A stretch of 50,172 bases of DNA from Lenisia limosa (Eukaryota; Protista; Breviatea), in NCBI GenBank assembly GCA_001655205.1, contig LPNZ01010759.1, positions 1 to 50,172 of the forward strand, in the 5' to 3' direction. Under the pieces are notes generated by a model. That model was not told the origin of the DNA, did no database searches, and saw only the letters and a program-made list of their open reading frames with translations. Of this stretch, positions 11,909 through 24,500 are shown in pieces; positions within the stretch are counted from its first letter, which is position 1; the number at the start of each line of letters is the position of its first letter. The translations under genes were made by a program, and so were the position numbers.

Positions 11909-12492
11909 TCTTTAGCTCTTCAAAAATAACAATCAATAACTTCAAATAATATGGACACAAAGTGCCCTTAAAAGCGAGCAGTGATTTGAGGCGAAGGGCT
12001 CAGGGCATGTGGCGGGTGTTGTAATGGCGACGTAGATGGCCCTTCCCTTCTTCCCCCTTAGCTACTTTATTTTGTTTTATATTTTTCATTCTAACGATGC
12101 ATAGGCAGAAGGAAGAGGGCGATTTGCTTCTACTTTTCCACTTTTCATGAATATTTGCCGCGGCCGCAGTTCCCATTATGAGCAAAACAAGAGCTTTCTT
12201 TTCGATAAATTTGGATTAATTACTGATAAATTGATAAATTAGCAAAGTAAGAAGTACAGTGGTAACAAAAGAGAAGTCTACCTTTCTGCCTCATCAAAGG
12301 ATATCAGGAATTAGTTCTTTGAGTGGGAGTGAGTGTGGTTTGTATTGACTAACAAAATACGGCTTGTAGTGGAACAAAATATGCAATTCCCGTAAGAGAA
12401 TTTACCTCGTCCCACTTTTGACCTCTTCACACCTTTAGGATGGACAGAGCGTTGCAGACAGCTCCCGAGATTTCTGAAGGAGTGGGAGGGGG

Positions 12493-12564
12493 GGACTTTC
12501 AGGACTTTCAGGACTTTACTTTTCGAGTAGGACTTTTCGAGTAGGACTTTTCGAGTAGGACTTT
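12493..12564. repeat. Nested short tandem repeats (9-bp AGGACTTTC x3, 14-bp TTTCGAGTAGGACT x3) about 90 bp upstream of the PRMT7 ATG
   Basis: Directly visible; lies in the divergent intergenic region between the MJ1316-like gene and PRMT7. Confidence 0.85.
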
Positions 12565-12654
12565 TTGGGGATTGTATTTCGTAATGATATGTTGCATTTT
12601 TAAGAGAGGAGGTATGAAGTCATATTTTGATTTTGAACAATATCCCTTGGTCTC

Positions 12655-15600
12655 ATGCCCTTCCAGGCCGCGCGACTCTCGTCGGCGTCCGGGGAATACG
12701 ACGTGAAAGTCCCCTTAGATGACTGGCAAGTTTGGCATTGGGATGGGTGTTGTGGGATCTGATAGAGAAATTGTATTTTCACCATACCAGCTTGTATGAG
12801 CTATAGTCTTTTTCGTTTTTGATCTCACTTTCTTCCAGTCCCTGGTATCGGAAGCGTCCACTTATCTTGACCTGTTAAACGACCTTGATCGAAACGACAA
12901 ATACGACCAGGGCATACGCCAAGGTTAGGGGCCGTATGCAGTTTGTGTTGTGTCATATTGGGGCATTTGTTTTTGGAAAAGAGCGATAGATATTACATTA
13001 ATTTGAATAGCGCGTTGGAAAATGACATTTTCGTCAATATCTACCCTAATTTGGATTTTATGTGTCATTTCTCACTTACGTTGTAATGATTGGAATAATT
13101 TGAGATAAATATTCTTATATTTTTGATATTTTTACGCAATTTCCAAACTAATTTCTTTTCAATACCGTAACTCTTCCAGTGGTCCAGTCCATCAAGAACT
13201 GCCATGTTCTCGACATCGGTGCTGGTACGGGTCTGCTTTCTCTCATGGCCGCGCGTGCATGGTGGGTTTACCGTAATAGTACATAAGAAGGAAAGCATAC
13301 TTCTCTAAAATAGAGCATCCAGGCCTTTTTCTGGGCCGAATGTGAATCTCATTTCTTCACTTTCAAGTGCCTCTCACGTGACTGCAGTTGAAATGGTAGA
13401 GATTATGGCTAAAACTGCATCAGTTGGGGGGAGGGTGTCATTGTCATCTTATTTGTGTTGTGTTATTTTTTAGATTGATTTTCAGCACATCAAACCCTGT
13501 ACATTAGCAATTCACTATTCAGACTATTTGTGACCTAAATGGCTACAAAGATGTCATGAAGGTGCATAATTGCCGCTCGGACGACTTGACTATAGGCAAA
13601 GGCTCAATGGGTGAGGGGGCATTGTGAGGAAGCTATGAGACAGCATCGTCAACAAAAAAAACTCTCCTTGATAATAACATATAGCTCTGGCAAGATATAA
13701 TCTTTTATAAAAGTGATGTTCATCAAAAAGATGTGATTATCACATTATCCTCTATAACAGTTGAAGGTAAGCCTTCTATGCCGCGAAAAGCTGACGTAAT
13801 TGTCACTGAGCTGTTTGACACCCCCTTTATCGGCGAGGGTGCCATTCCTATCATCCGCAGCGCCTTGAAGGATTGTTGTGTCAAGGGTGCCAAGGTAGTC
13901 CCATGCAGTGGCTCTGTTTACTGCCAAGTGGGGGGGGGGCTGTTTGGCTTCATTNNNNNNNNNNNNNNNNNNNNNNNNNNNNNNNNNNNNNNNNNNNNNN
14001 NNNNNNNNNNNNNNNNNNNNNNNNNNNNNNNNNNNNNNNNNNNNNNNNNNNNNNNGTTTTCAGAAAGCTTCAATGCAGGCTCTTTGGGGCTTGAATCGTG
14101 TTCCTTCCCTCTCAGTGATGAACAATGTCGAGGCAATCTTGAGCCTTTGGAGGTGATTTAGGGTAACATTCAAAATTGGTGTCAGAGAAATGACAAGTCA
14201 TACTCAGTGTAATAGTCCACTCCCCCCCCCCCCANNNNNNNNNNNNNNNNNNNNNNNNNNNNNNNNNNNNNNNNNNNNNNNNNNNNNNNNNNNNNNNNNN
14301 NNNNNNNNNNNNNNNNNNNNNNNNNNNNNNNNNNNNNNNNTACATGTTACTAGAACTTTCAATACAGATTTTGAACATGTTATCCCACAGCCAGTGATAA
14401 GGATAGTATGAATCTTCTGGTTTCTTACCAGCTCTAGATTCAAGCGGATGAAAACCGCCTTGTTTGCCTTTCCGAACCCATAAAGGTGAGTACAATACAG
14501 GGTCTCCATTTTGGAGAAAATGGAAATAGTATATACTCATCATATTGTATTTATTTTGACATTGTGTTGATAAAAGCGATGTCCAATTTTATTAATGTTC
14601 GTCATTTAACTCAGTGAGTGACCATTTAGGCATTTACAGTTGACTTTGAGAATCCACCTGAGGATATTGTTCAAACTTTTCCTCTTGAAGTTTGCTGGGT
14701 GGAGCTCTGTTGTTGTTCATTATAGTATAGCTAAAACCAGACTTTTGGGCAACTTAGGGTTTTGGATTATCCATTCGCGCCTTCGTTATTATTTTTTATT
14801 TCTTTGGATTTTAATGGCAGATGATCTCATATGGTACTATCTTAACCGCATTTAATCAGAGTCAATATTTACCATCGCAGTTAAAGATAAATAAGTCTGG
14901 AGTAGCACATGGGCTTCTTTGGTGGTGGGATCTTGAAATGGCACCTGGTGTGATTCTCTCATGTGCCCCGTCATGGGCTCATCCTGAGGGTAAGCTTGTT
15001 TGATGCTTCCCAATCTGGCAAAATCACCACATATCAAAACGACTTATTTTTTTTATCTTTGATTATATTTGTTATGACCAAGTCAACTTGGTGCTTCAGC
15101 GCTGCAGATTCACATATTACCAAGTCTACCCTCTCATTGACTACTCCGTCTCATGTTTCTAACAACTCCAGCAAAGGGAACACCCCCTAATGCCGACCAT
15201 GCTTGGAGAGACCATTGGAAGCAGTGTGTTGTCCCCTTCAGTGACATAAAGGTGAAGCAGGGGGGGGGGGGNNNNNNNNNNNNNNNNNNNNNNNNNNNNN
15301 NNNNNNNNNNNNNNNNNNNNNNNNNNNNNNNNNNNNNNNNNNNNNNNNNNNNNNNGAACCTTGACACCCCAGAATGTTAGCCCGGGTCAAGACATCTCTC
15401 TGTTTGCCTTCTTGGATGACTTTTCTGTTTGGTTTTCTCATGGTATGCGAAGTTTGTTTTTATTGTTTTATGAGATTGTATCTTAACAACCTATTTTCAT
15501 TGGTTGTTTTGCTAGATAAAGCGATATTTATATCTTTTTTATATATTACATTTCTTTTTATTTCCCAGTTGTTCGAGGTTATGTAAACTGATAGCATGTT

Positions 15601-18485
15601 ACTATAAAATATGTAACTTATTTTGAATTTCTCGTATTCCTCTAATATTTTAGGTAAGTGGGAGTATCGTCTATCGTGTGTGAAAGTGTAAGGGATGGAT
15701 TATTTGTTGACTGATTGAGAAAACCTTTCAATACCCATTTCTTATTCCATATGAATATTATGGAGATTGCGAGTCTAGTATATTTGGGAACCTGCAGTGT
15801 CAGGAGGACAACCATGTCAGACGATTGTGTTTGGGGCTTGAAAACCCCAGAACACGAGCCCTATTGTATTGAAGAAACATAAAGAGCCTAGTTTAGGAAT
15901 TGACTTGGGATGAGGAGGGGCTCAAAAATTTAAAAAGAGGAATTGTAATTTTAATTTGTGAATCAAATATACGATGAACTGAACTAGTCTCTTAGCCTAT
16001 TTACGATATTACAATTGAATACACATTTTTTGCTATCGATGTTTACGTTCCTCTTTTACTGAAATAAAACTATCATTAAACACACTACTGCATTTAAGAT
16101 TCTTTTTTGTTTCCCAAATAACCACCTGTAGACTCCACCCCATCGCCACCCTCGTGCACCTGCCTTGCTCATGCCTGCTATACCCCAGATAGGCTCAGGG
16201 CCCTACACCATTCACCCACAACCGAGTTCTTTCGCTCTCTCACGAAAATGGTGGGCAAGAAAGATGGGTATTTTTGGTCACAATCGAAGAATGAATGGCC
16301 AATAGAGGAGCGTTTCCGATGATATGTCTTCTATCTAGACGATTTCAGTGAAATCCCTGTTTGCTTCTTAAACCATGATGATACATGAAATATTGTTTAA
16401 CATGGACCCCCAGAGCATGGCTAAGTCAGCAGGAGTCGTTATTTGCATCGGAGGTAACGGCCGAAACGCCTTGTTTGCCCAGCAAGCAGTAAGCTTTCCC
16501 CTTTATGTTTTAAAGGTTTTCCTTTTCTATTCCCAACCCTTCCGTTTGTGATTGAAGGGAGTCGTATGTGTCAGTGTTAGGGCTTCCCAACTATGCTGAA
16601 ATAGCGATATTGTTGGAGTGAATCACTCTTTTTATAGACCTTGGGCATCGTACAATTATTAGAAAATTCCTTCTGAAATTAAAGTCCTAAATATAATCTA
16701 ACTCACGCAAGTCATCTCTGTTACGGTTCTTTTCTTCAAAGGAGCTAGGTTTTGGAGTTATAACCTCATCAGGGTCGCCAAGCAGTGGTCATTGAAAGTG
16801 GCGGTATAGCTCAGAGAGTTACTGAAAGTGCCTTGATACTCTCCAACATCGGTTTGTTTTCGCCTCCATTTCAGTATCCAGATATGATATGGTTTTCACT
16901 TTATTAATCTTTCGCACCAAACATATTTGGTTTTGACCTTCCTGTGTTCATATTCAAGATAACTGATAATCTCATCACACCTCAGATGCCCCCATTGTGA
17001 ACTACAGCCAGGTCAACACACTACCCTCCATTACTGAGCTCACTAATGCCTGTGTCGCTTTTGATTTGGCGTTTTTCGAGTCACAAACAGACGTCATGTG
17101 GCAAATTGCAAGGCTTTCGTGAGTAGGGAATTTGAACCAGAAGATTTTCTTGTTTGGAAGACTATATTGTAGCTTTTCATTTAAAATCATTAAAGCTGCT
17201 ATCAATCCATTTTGTTCTTTTGATTTTCAGATCCCTCCTACAATCGCTCTTTGCCCTCTCTCCATCCCTGGCTGACAGGACACCCGATGTGACTGTTTGT
17301 TTACAGTTCTCTGCAGTGGAGTTGCCCCTCTTGAAAAGATCCCATGCATGGGTTTGGGGCTTGGTGGTTAAGTGAAATGATGAAATGATTGCGGTTGTGG
17401 TTTTTCTCTTTGGACCATGTTAATAATATGACTACTTGTGCACTTTCTTCCAATAATATGTATTTATATGGTGATTCAGTATTGGTATAATTTTCGACTG
17501 TGGAATAACAAAGTATACTGTAACAGCCTTCCCAAACTGTATCTTCAATCAATGAAAAGTCTTTCTTTTTTGTCACAACAAAGGTTTCGTCAGTTTCTGG
17601 GTTTGACCACTCCCCTCTTCACAAGGCACAGCAAAGGTTGGACTTGTCTGAATAAGTAAATTTATGATACAATCAGACTGTTTTATGTGAATGCAATACG
17701 ACAATCACTCTCATAACGGAGATCTTATCTTATTATCTCATTTACACACATTTCATTAACGCTTGTAGATGGTCAGATGATCTGTGTACGTACTCTCTAA
17801 ATCACTACAAATACAGCGTTATAGAGGAGGGCATCTTAGCGGAGTTCAACATCAAGGGTGGGTGGAGTCATAGTAGAATTGTAGGTATTACTATATCAAG
17901 TTAAAGCACCCATATTTTGGAGCAAACACGGTCTTTACATAATCCGCCGTCATATCTCCCATCCCGCAGATAACCTCCCGTCTCCGTCTGCAATTTCTGT
18001 TCCCCCTTGTGACGCTGTAGTCCTTTATGCAAGGCTAAAAAGTGAGAAAATATTGAGGATATATTAACGAAATTAAGAGTTGGATCGATTACTCCTCTCC
18101 ATAATTCAGGAAATGCAGATATTTTGTAGTTTGGCAGATGGAGACACATTTCTAGTTTTCCATTCGAAGTGTTGTATCCAGGGATAAATGAATAGGAATA
18201 TGGTTGATAGAGTACCATCCCAACTTCACTACTCAGTCAATGGGGGTACTTTGGACCTCGGCCCATGCCAAGACAAATCCACACCATATCACCAGGTAAG
18301 GGGGGTGCCTGAAGATATGGATTTTGGTTTATCTCTTTTTTGTATGTGATGTGATAGCAGTAGCGAGTGATTAGCAATCTTCATACCTTTATTCCTTGCA
18401 GTCTCTGCTCTTCTCGCGAAATGAAAAGAGCTCCTCTTTCCGTGCAGGTTTCACAAATGGCGAATTCACAGCAGCATGGTGTTGA
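12655..18485 (+). CDS. PRMT7: Protein arginine N-methyltransferase 7 (type III), tandem PRMT modules, multi-exon
   Basis: Exons read STYLDLLNDLDRNDKYDQGIRQ, HVLDIGAGTGLLSLMAARA (motif I), HVTAVEM, KADVIVTELFDTPFIGEGAIP (double-E loop), AHGLLWWWDLEMAPG..CAPSWAHP and WRDHWKQCV (DHW loop). The second module starts PSCTCLAHAC and includes GFDHSPL. Last exon ends ..FTAAWC* at 18485. Confidence 0.92.
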
Positions 18486-18551
18486 TTATCAATAAAGACT
18501 GAAGGGCTTTTGAATATAAAAAAGGCTGTTGGTATACGTTAAGACCGTTTG

Positions 18552-21500
18552 TCAAATGAATTTCGAGTACGTACATTTTGGATCCCCCCCCCCTCTAGAT
18601 TTGGGTTCCTCGGAGATGCGGAGAGCACAGCCCAAAAGAAGAAGGAGAAAACAATGGACCAATGGCAAGGCTTGCAGAGGTGGGGGGGATGTACTGTCAC
18701 AGCTCATTGTAATCCAATTTTTCAAGGGCCCCCGATCATACACTAAACCTACATATGATATGTCGGGTCAATGTCCCTCTTGATTAGCCCATAAATGTGT
18801 ATTACACACTAACACACGTCTAAGAAGCCTGGCCACTTTAGGCTTGAGGGAAACATAAAACCTAAACAAGTCAGACACAGCCTCATAGAAAAATAGGATC
18901 GTCAAATGTATATTACCTGATGAGTAACAGTTTTCTCTATTTGGCAGAAGTGCCCCTCTCCCCTCTCACCATAAAAAAACAAAGCGCTATTTGCAACATG
19001 GAGGGGAGCAGATAGTCCTAACCCGAACAACGAACTCGAGGCAACTCAAAAAGAGCACTATAAGGGTGATGGAAGAGAACTAAACGCATATGTGTGTAAT
19101 AATACTGGTACTCCCCCACAAAATTAATCTTCAAGCATCGCCCACAAAATTACCTATCTCCAAGCAGCACCCCCACTTCCCCAACCAAGCAATGAGAAGG
19201 TTGTATCTGGCAGAAGCCGTCCACGCCATCAAGATTATTAGAGATATTGGATTATAGTATAGTATTAATTCACCCAATCATTTGCCTTACAATTCTGTGC
19301 ACACAGCTTTCTGCGTGCCTCCCCAGCATACACATATGATATAACCCACCATCTTTGCTTCACACTATAACAACACAACCCCACCATAAGCACATCCGCC
19401 CACCCAAGACGCAGGCGACAACCGAGGCGAAGTACGTTTCGGAGTAGAGGAACGACATCAGGTAGAGCGAAATGATGAGGCGGAAGGTGAGAGCGGACAC
19501 CATCGCTGACACCAGGTAGTAAATCGAAATCTGCTGCATGAAAAAAGAAGGCTTTACTCAAGGAGAGAGAGAGAGGAGGGCTATTCATGTTCAACACTGA
19601 CATAAAAAGCAGATGGGTATAATATGATACAGTGTGTCTAAAGAGTGTCTCATGATAAGAACATTTTAAGCATCAACAGTATACGAAAAGCCTCAGGATC
19701 CATACCAGTTTTCTTCCATAGACCCCGGAGGAGCTCCAGAGAACCAGGGCCACAAGCATCAGGAAACCGTGCTTGTGAAGTGCCATGATGAGTGCCGAAA
19801 TGACAGGGTAGTTGTCGTATGACCACATTCCAACCTGCGGGGGTACGGTGATTAAAAGTGGATTTCTTTCTGGGAAAATCACTCCAAATGACTAGCGGGC
19901 TCTTTACGTTTGATCAAAGTTGAACAGAAGTGCACCCCCCTCACCTTGGCTGATACAACTTCAGCGTCCACAGAGAATCTGAATCGCAGTCCCATGAAAA
20001 AGACCAACCAGCCAAACGTCAGACTCAGGGCTGTGATACCTTGTCGGACCTGGCGTGGTGAGGGAGAGGATAGAAATCAGAAAAACAGTTCCCCCCCCCC
20101 CAGAAAAATAGAAAAAGAAAAGAAAAAAAAAGAACAGATGATGATGGGTTTGGTGAATCAAATCATTCTCATTTACCACAGCATACAGGGGACATTGACA
20201 CGTCGCAATCAGCCCGTTTGCAGTGGCAGTCCTGGGGGGCTTCGGGGGCTAAAAGATGAATGAGTTACAAATGTTATAACTAAAGCCAGCTTCAAGAAGG
20301 ATACGATGCCAAATGAGAACGTGAGGTTAGGTTATCTAGAGACTAACGAAATCAGACAATAAATGGTATAACGGTACATTGGAGGTCTCTCAATGGGGAA
20401 AGCCGAACTGGTCACATATTGANNNNNNNNNNNNNNNNNNNNNNNNNNNNNNNNNNNNNNNNNNNNNNNNNNNNNNNNNNNNNNNNNNNNNNNGGGGTAT
20501 GTTTTCGTACTGACTGGGCACGTACAGGGCGCGTGCTCACCCAACCACAGCCGGATGGCAACGGGGTGGATGACAGAGAACACTGCCACGCATCCCGAGA
20601 CCATGAACAGCTGTAGCGCTGACGAGGAGTTTACTGAGAAGTAGACCAGGAATATTGACAACGGACTTGCGAGAAAGGCGATTGGCCGCCGCCCGAGAGA
20701 GGTGCCAATCTGCTCGGATGAGGGGTATAGGAAATGGATTAAGCATTGACAATAACTTGACTTTATTTGGATCTCATTTTGTCAAAGAGTTTTTTTGTCA
20801 TTATTCCAAACTCATGGAACCTCACCTGGACCACAAAGATGATGTACGCGACGACACCGAGGGGGTGCAGGCCGGCAACATAGAGCCATCGCAGGGGCTT
20901 GGTGAGACGGATACCCTGAAATCGTTAGGGGATCATAAATTGCGCTTTATATTTTGTCATTATGAACTTGTCTCAGAAAGCGCAGGGATAATATCAATAA
21001 TTTTTGCAATTATTTTGGAAACTATCGACACAATCATGGTAATGACGACCCACCATAGCGCATATACAGAGCACAGCGTCGGAGATGCTCCAAGGGTCAG
21101 CCAGGGCAGAGGCTATGAAGGCATCTACAGCGATAGAGAACCTGCGGGGGAGTGAATTGTGTAACAAGTACATGTATATGACATTAGCCATCCCCCCAGC
21201 TTGACATCAGTCATCCCACCTTGACATTAGCCGGGTCTTGGCAGGACCAGTAAACAAGTCGATAAAGAACTTGCCACCCGTTGTGATGGGTGTTGTTACT
21301 GTCTGGAGGAGGTAAAGAACAGGAACTCAATAACTGAAAAACAACTCTTTTGAGAAAAAATTGTACGAAATCACTCAACCCCCAACCTCCACAAAGCCCG
21401 GAACAAGGTCCATTTGACTGCATTTTCCGCTGTAGAACTGCCTGAAGCGGTGGAGCAGCACCAGTCCATAGAGGACAAGCAGGTAGTACATAGGACGTAG

Positions 21501-24500
21501 AATCTGGTCTGCCTGACCAATGCGGCTCTGAAGGGTGACTTGACTTGGAAGTTGAAGGTTATAAATTGTCAGCCCAAACCACAAACGAAACGGATATGCT
21601 CCGAATTAAATGTTTGACTATGGTCAGCATGTGTGTTCTAATACCTCCTCCAAGCCCACAAATAACGCCGTAATAGACAGGGACGACACAAGGAGGCAGA
21701 AGGTCCACGTGATAGCAGCAAGGGCTATGAGCCTACGAGGCAGTTCGCTGGAGTACTGCGGGGGGGGGGGGGNNNNNNNNNNNNNNNNNNNNNNNNNNNN
21801 NNNNNNNNNNNNNNNNNNNNNNNNNNNNNNNNNNNNNNNNNNNNNNNNACACACGAGGGTTGATAACAACAAAACAAATAAAGTAATTTTGGAAGGAAGA
21901 AGATGAATAAAAATAATCAAACAAACATAATGACCTGTCCAAAAAAAAACAGCAGATCATATTCATCAAGCCTAACCCCTGCAAACCTTGGAGAAAGCGT
22001 CCTGGTCGTTTGTATGCGGCCAGAGGGCGATAGTGACGAGGGAGATGATGCCGAACAAACTGCATACCAAGTCCTCATGACGTAGTGTATCTCCCCCGTC
22101 TCGGAACACATTGATAGGAAACTGCGACGGGCGGTAAATGCGGATTGAAAATATGATAAATACTATGAATCATATAATTGGGTATGTATATAGCTATATG
22201 TATGTATATATGCATATGTATTCACTATGTCAACTAGAGGGCAACGAACGAGAGCAGCAAGTTAGGCACCCAGCTAACCTGTAGAATTGAGAGGTAACAA
22301 GGCAGGTAGAACAGTGTGCTTCTGAGGAAGGGGATCAAAGTAGCTGACCACCACGTTGACGAGTTCAGGAACGATGAGAACTGCGGGGTGACGTGGGAAT
22401 TATTCGACATACGAAAAATGGGTCTACTCTTTTGTTAATAATATTACTCTGCATTACTTGTATCTCTAGATCACATTTGACATTATCCTGCATGACAAAT
22501 AAAAAAAAAACAATTAAAAAAGAGACCCCCCACCCATCCGGGGCAATACGCTTTAAAGAGACCCCCCCACCCATCCGGGGCAATACGCCATAAAGAGACC
22601 CCCCCATCNNNNNNNNNNNNNNNNNNNNNNNNNNNNNNNNNNNNNNNNNNNNNNNNNNNNNNNNNNNNNNNNNNNNNNNNNNNNNNNNNNNNNNNNNNNN
22701 NNNNNNNNNNNNNNNNNNNNNNNAATATGACGAAAGTCCACACTGTCGCGAATGTTGCGTATATCAGGAACTCAATAAGAGGGTTGCCAGTACGACGGTA
22801 CATAATGTCCTGAGTCAATTAACAGGTTCAACAAGCTTTTCAGTAAATGGCAGAAGGGTTTGTATATGGTACCAGTGAAAAAAAACCCCGATAAAGCGAG
22901 CTTGCCCACCTTGACCACTTGACACGCCTTCATCAGTTCAATCTCAGCAGCTTCCAGGTCTGAAAAAGTCAAATAAGGGGGTTCAATACATCCAAAAAAA
23001 CACATTGACAAAAATACTCAGTCCCAGCGTACCGAAAGATGGCTGAAGGAACTTGGTAGTGATGAACGAAAGCGAGACGTCCATTGCAGGTAAGTTGCCG
23101 CACTCGACTGAGTGGTTCAGAATCTGGTGTTGTCAATGGGTGTCGGATGTCCAGATTAGTTTGAAAAGAACGAGAATTAGATTGGAATGGGTCGAAGCCA
23201 ACACCATAAAGTTGACATGCCTAAGATAATGATTGCATTGTTTGCCTACCGAGAGAGTTGGTAAAGTTTTTTCAGCGTATACTGCAGCCCTGCAGAGCTG
23301 TGCCAAATTCTGCGGAGGTGGGGGGTTAACTCATGCGAAGGTTGAAACAGCATTGCAACGCTATCTGACACATGTATGTACCTCCTGTCAAAACGGTTTC
23401 TGCTGTGTTTGCATATCATTTGTCTAACAATTTGTATAATTACGTAAATACAACGTCTCAATAGGCAAAACAACTTTGAAACAGTTATCAGATATTATCG
23501 CAGCATACCTGAACAAGAAGTTTGTTTCTCGCCACCATGGCACTTGGGTCAAGTCCGAACCATGCCTGTGAGATTACACATGAAGGCAGCAAAACGAGAA
23601 TAGCATTGGGTTGAATCATATCATGTGACAGCAACAGCAATCTTAGATTCGCTTTATTCATGTCATATTACCAGTCAACACCTGATGAGTTCTCAAATCA
23701 ACAAGCCATTGGACCGACCTGAGTAATGCCAAATGAATTTGCTGGGAAGCTGACGCCACCAAGTAAACTCCTAATACGTAAAACAGATGATGTCACAGGT
23801 CACCATGCGGAAATGGCTCAAGAGTCCACAAAAGACAAGGAAATATTGAGGTTTATCAAGAATTAAGTCTTATTTGAGGTTTATCAAGAATTAAGTCTTA
23901 TTTGAGGTTTATCAAGAATTAAGTCTTATTTGACAGTTATTTACACACTCCCCTACGAGATTGTGGCCGACACATCGGTGATATCGAGGGGTTGCACGCC
24001 TCTACTGCGCGGTAGCAGCTGGTTGTAGAAAATGAAGAAGCCGTCGTTATGTGGCATTGTTCCTCCATGTAACGTACTGGGGTTGGGTTGGAAGAATGCT
24101 AAGGGAGAGCTTAAACTTATGTATATACCCTCCTTGGACACCACCCCAGATAGCCATGAATCCAAGATGAGCAATACACCAACATAGCACTTCGAAGTTA
24201 CAATACACTGACATACATAGCACTTCGAAGTTACAATATTACCATATGCTATTTCAACCCACCATTTCTGNNNNNNNNNNNNNNNNNNNNNNNNNNNNNN
24301 NNNNNNNNNNNNNNNNNNNNNNNNNNNNNNNNNNNNNNNNNNNNNNNNNNNNNNNNNNNNNNNNNNNNNNNNNNNNNNNNNNNGCGTCACTAGAAGGTTA
24401 GCTGTGAAGCAATAGGTTATGGGAGATGCAGCAGTGAATGGATGTTCATAAAGGTTGTCCCAACAAATAAAGAGAAACTGCAGAAAAAACACACACACAA

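Noticed and set aside
12491-12502. GGGACTTTC resembling an NF-kB site
   Set aside because: Part of a simple repeat expansion, lacks the terminal CC, and there is no evidence this organism has NF-kB.
17377-17405. C-box ATGATGA followed by GGTTGTGGTTT, complementary to LSU AAACCACAGCC
   Set aside because: No D or D' box follows the putative guide; likely chance.
24182-24238. Repeat-spacer-repeat pattern resembling a CRISPR unit
   Set aside because: Only two repeats with a 9-nt spacer, inside a eukaryotic intron, and no cas genes; a simple tandem duplication.
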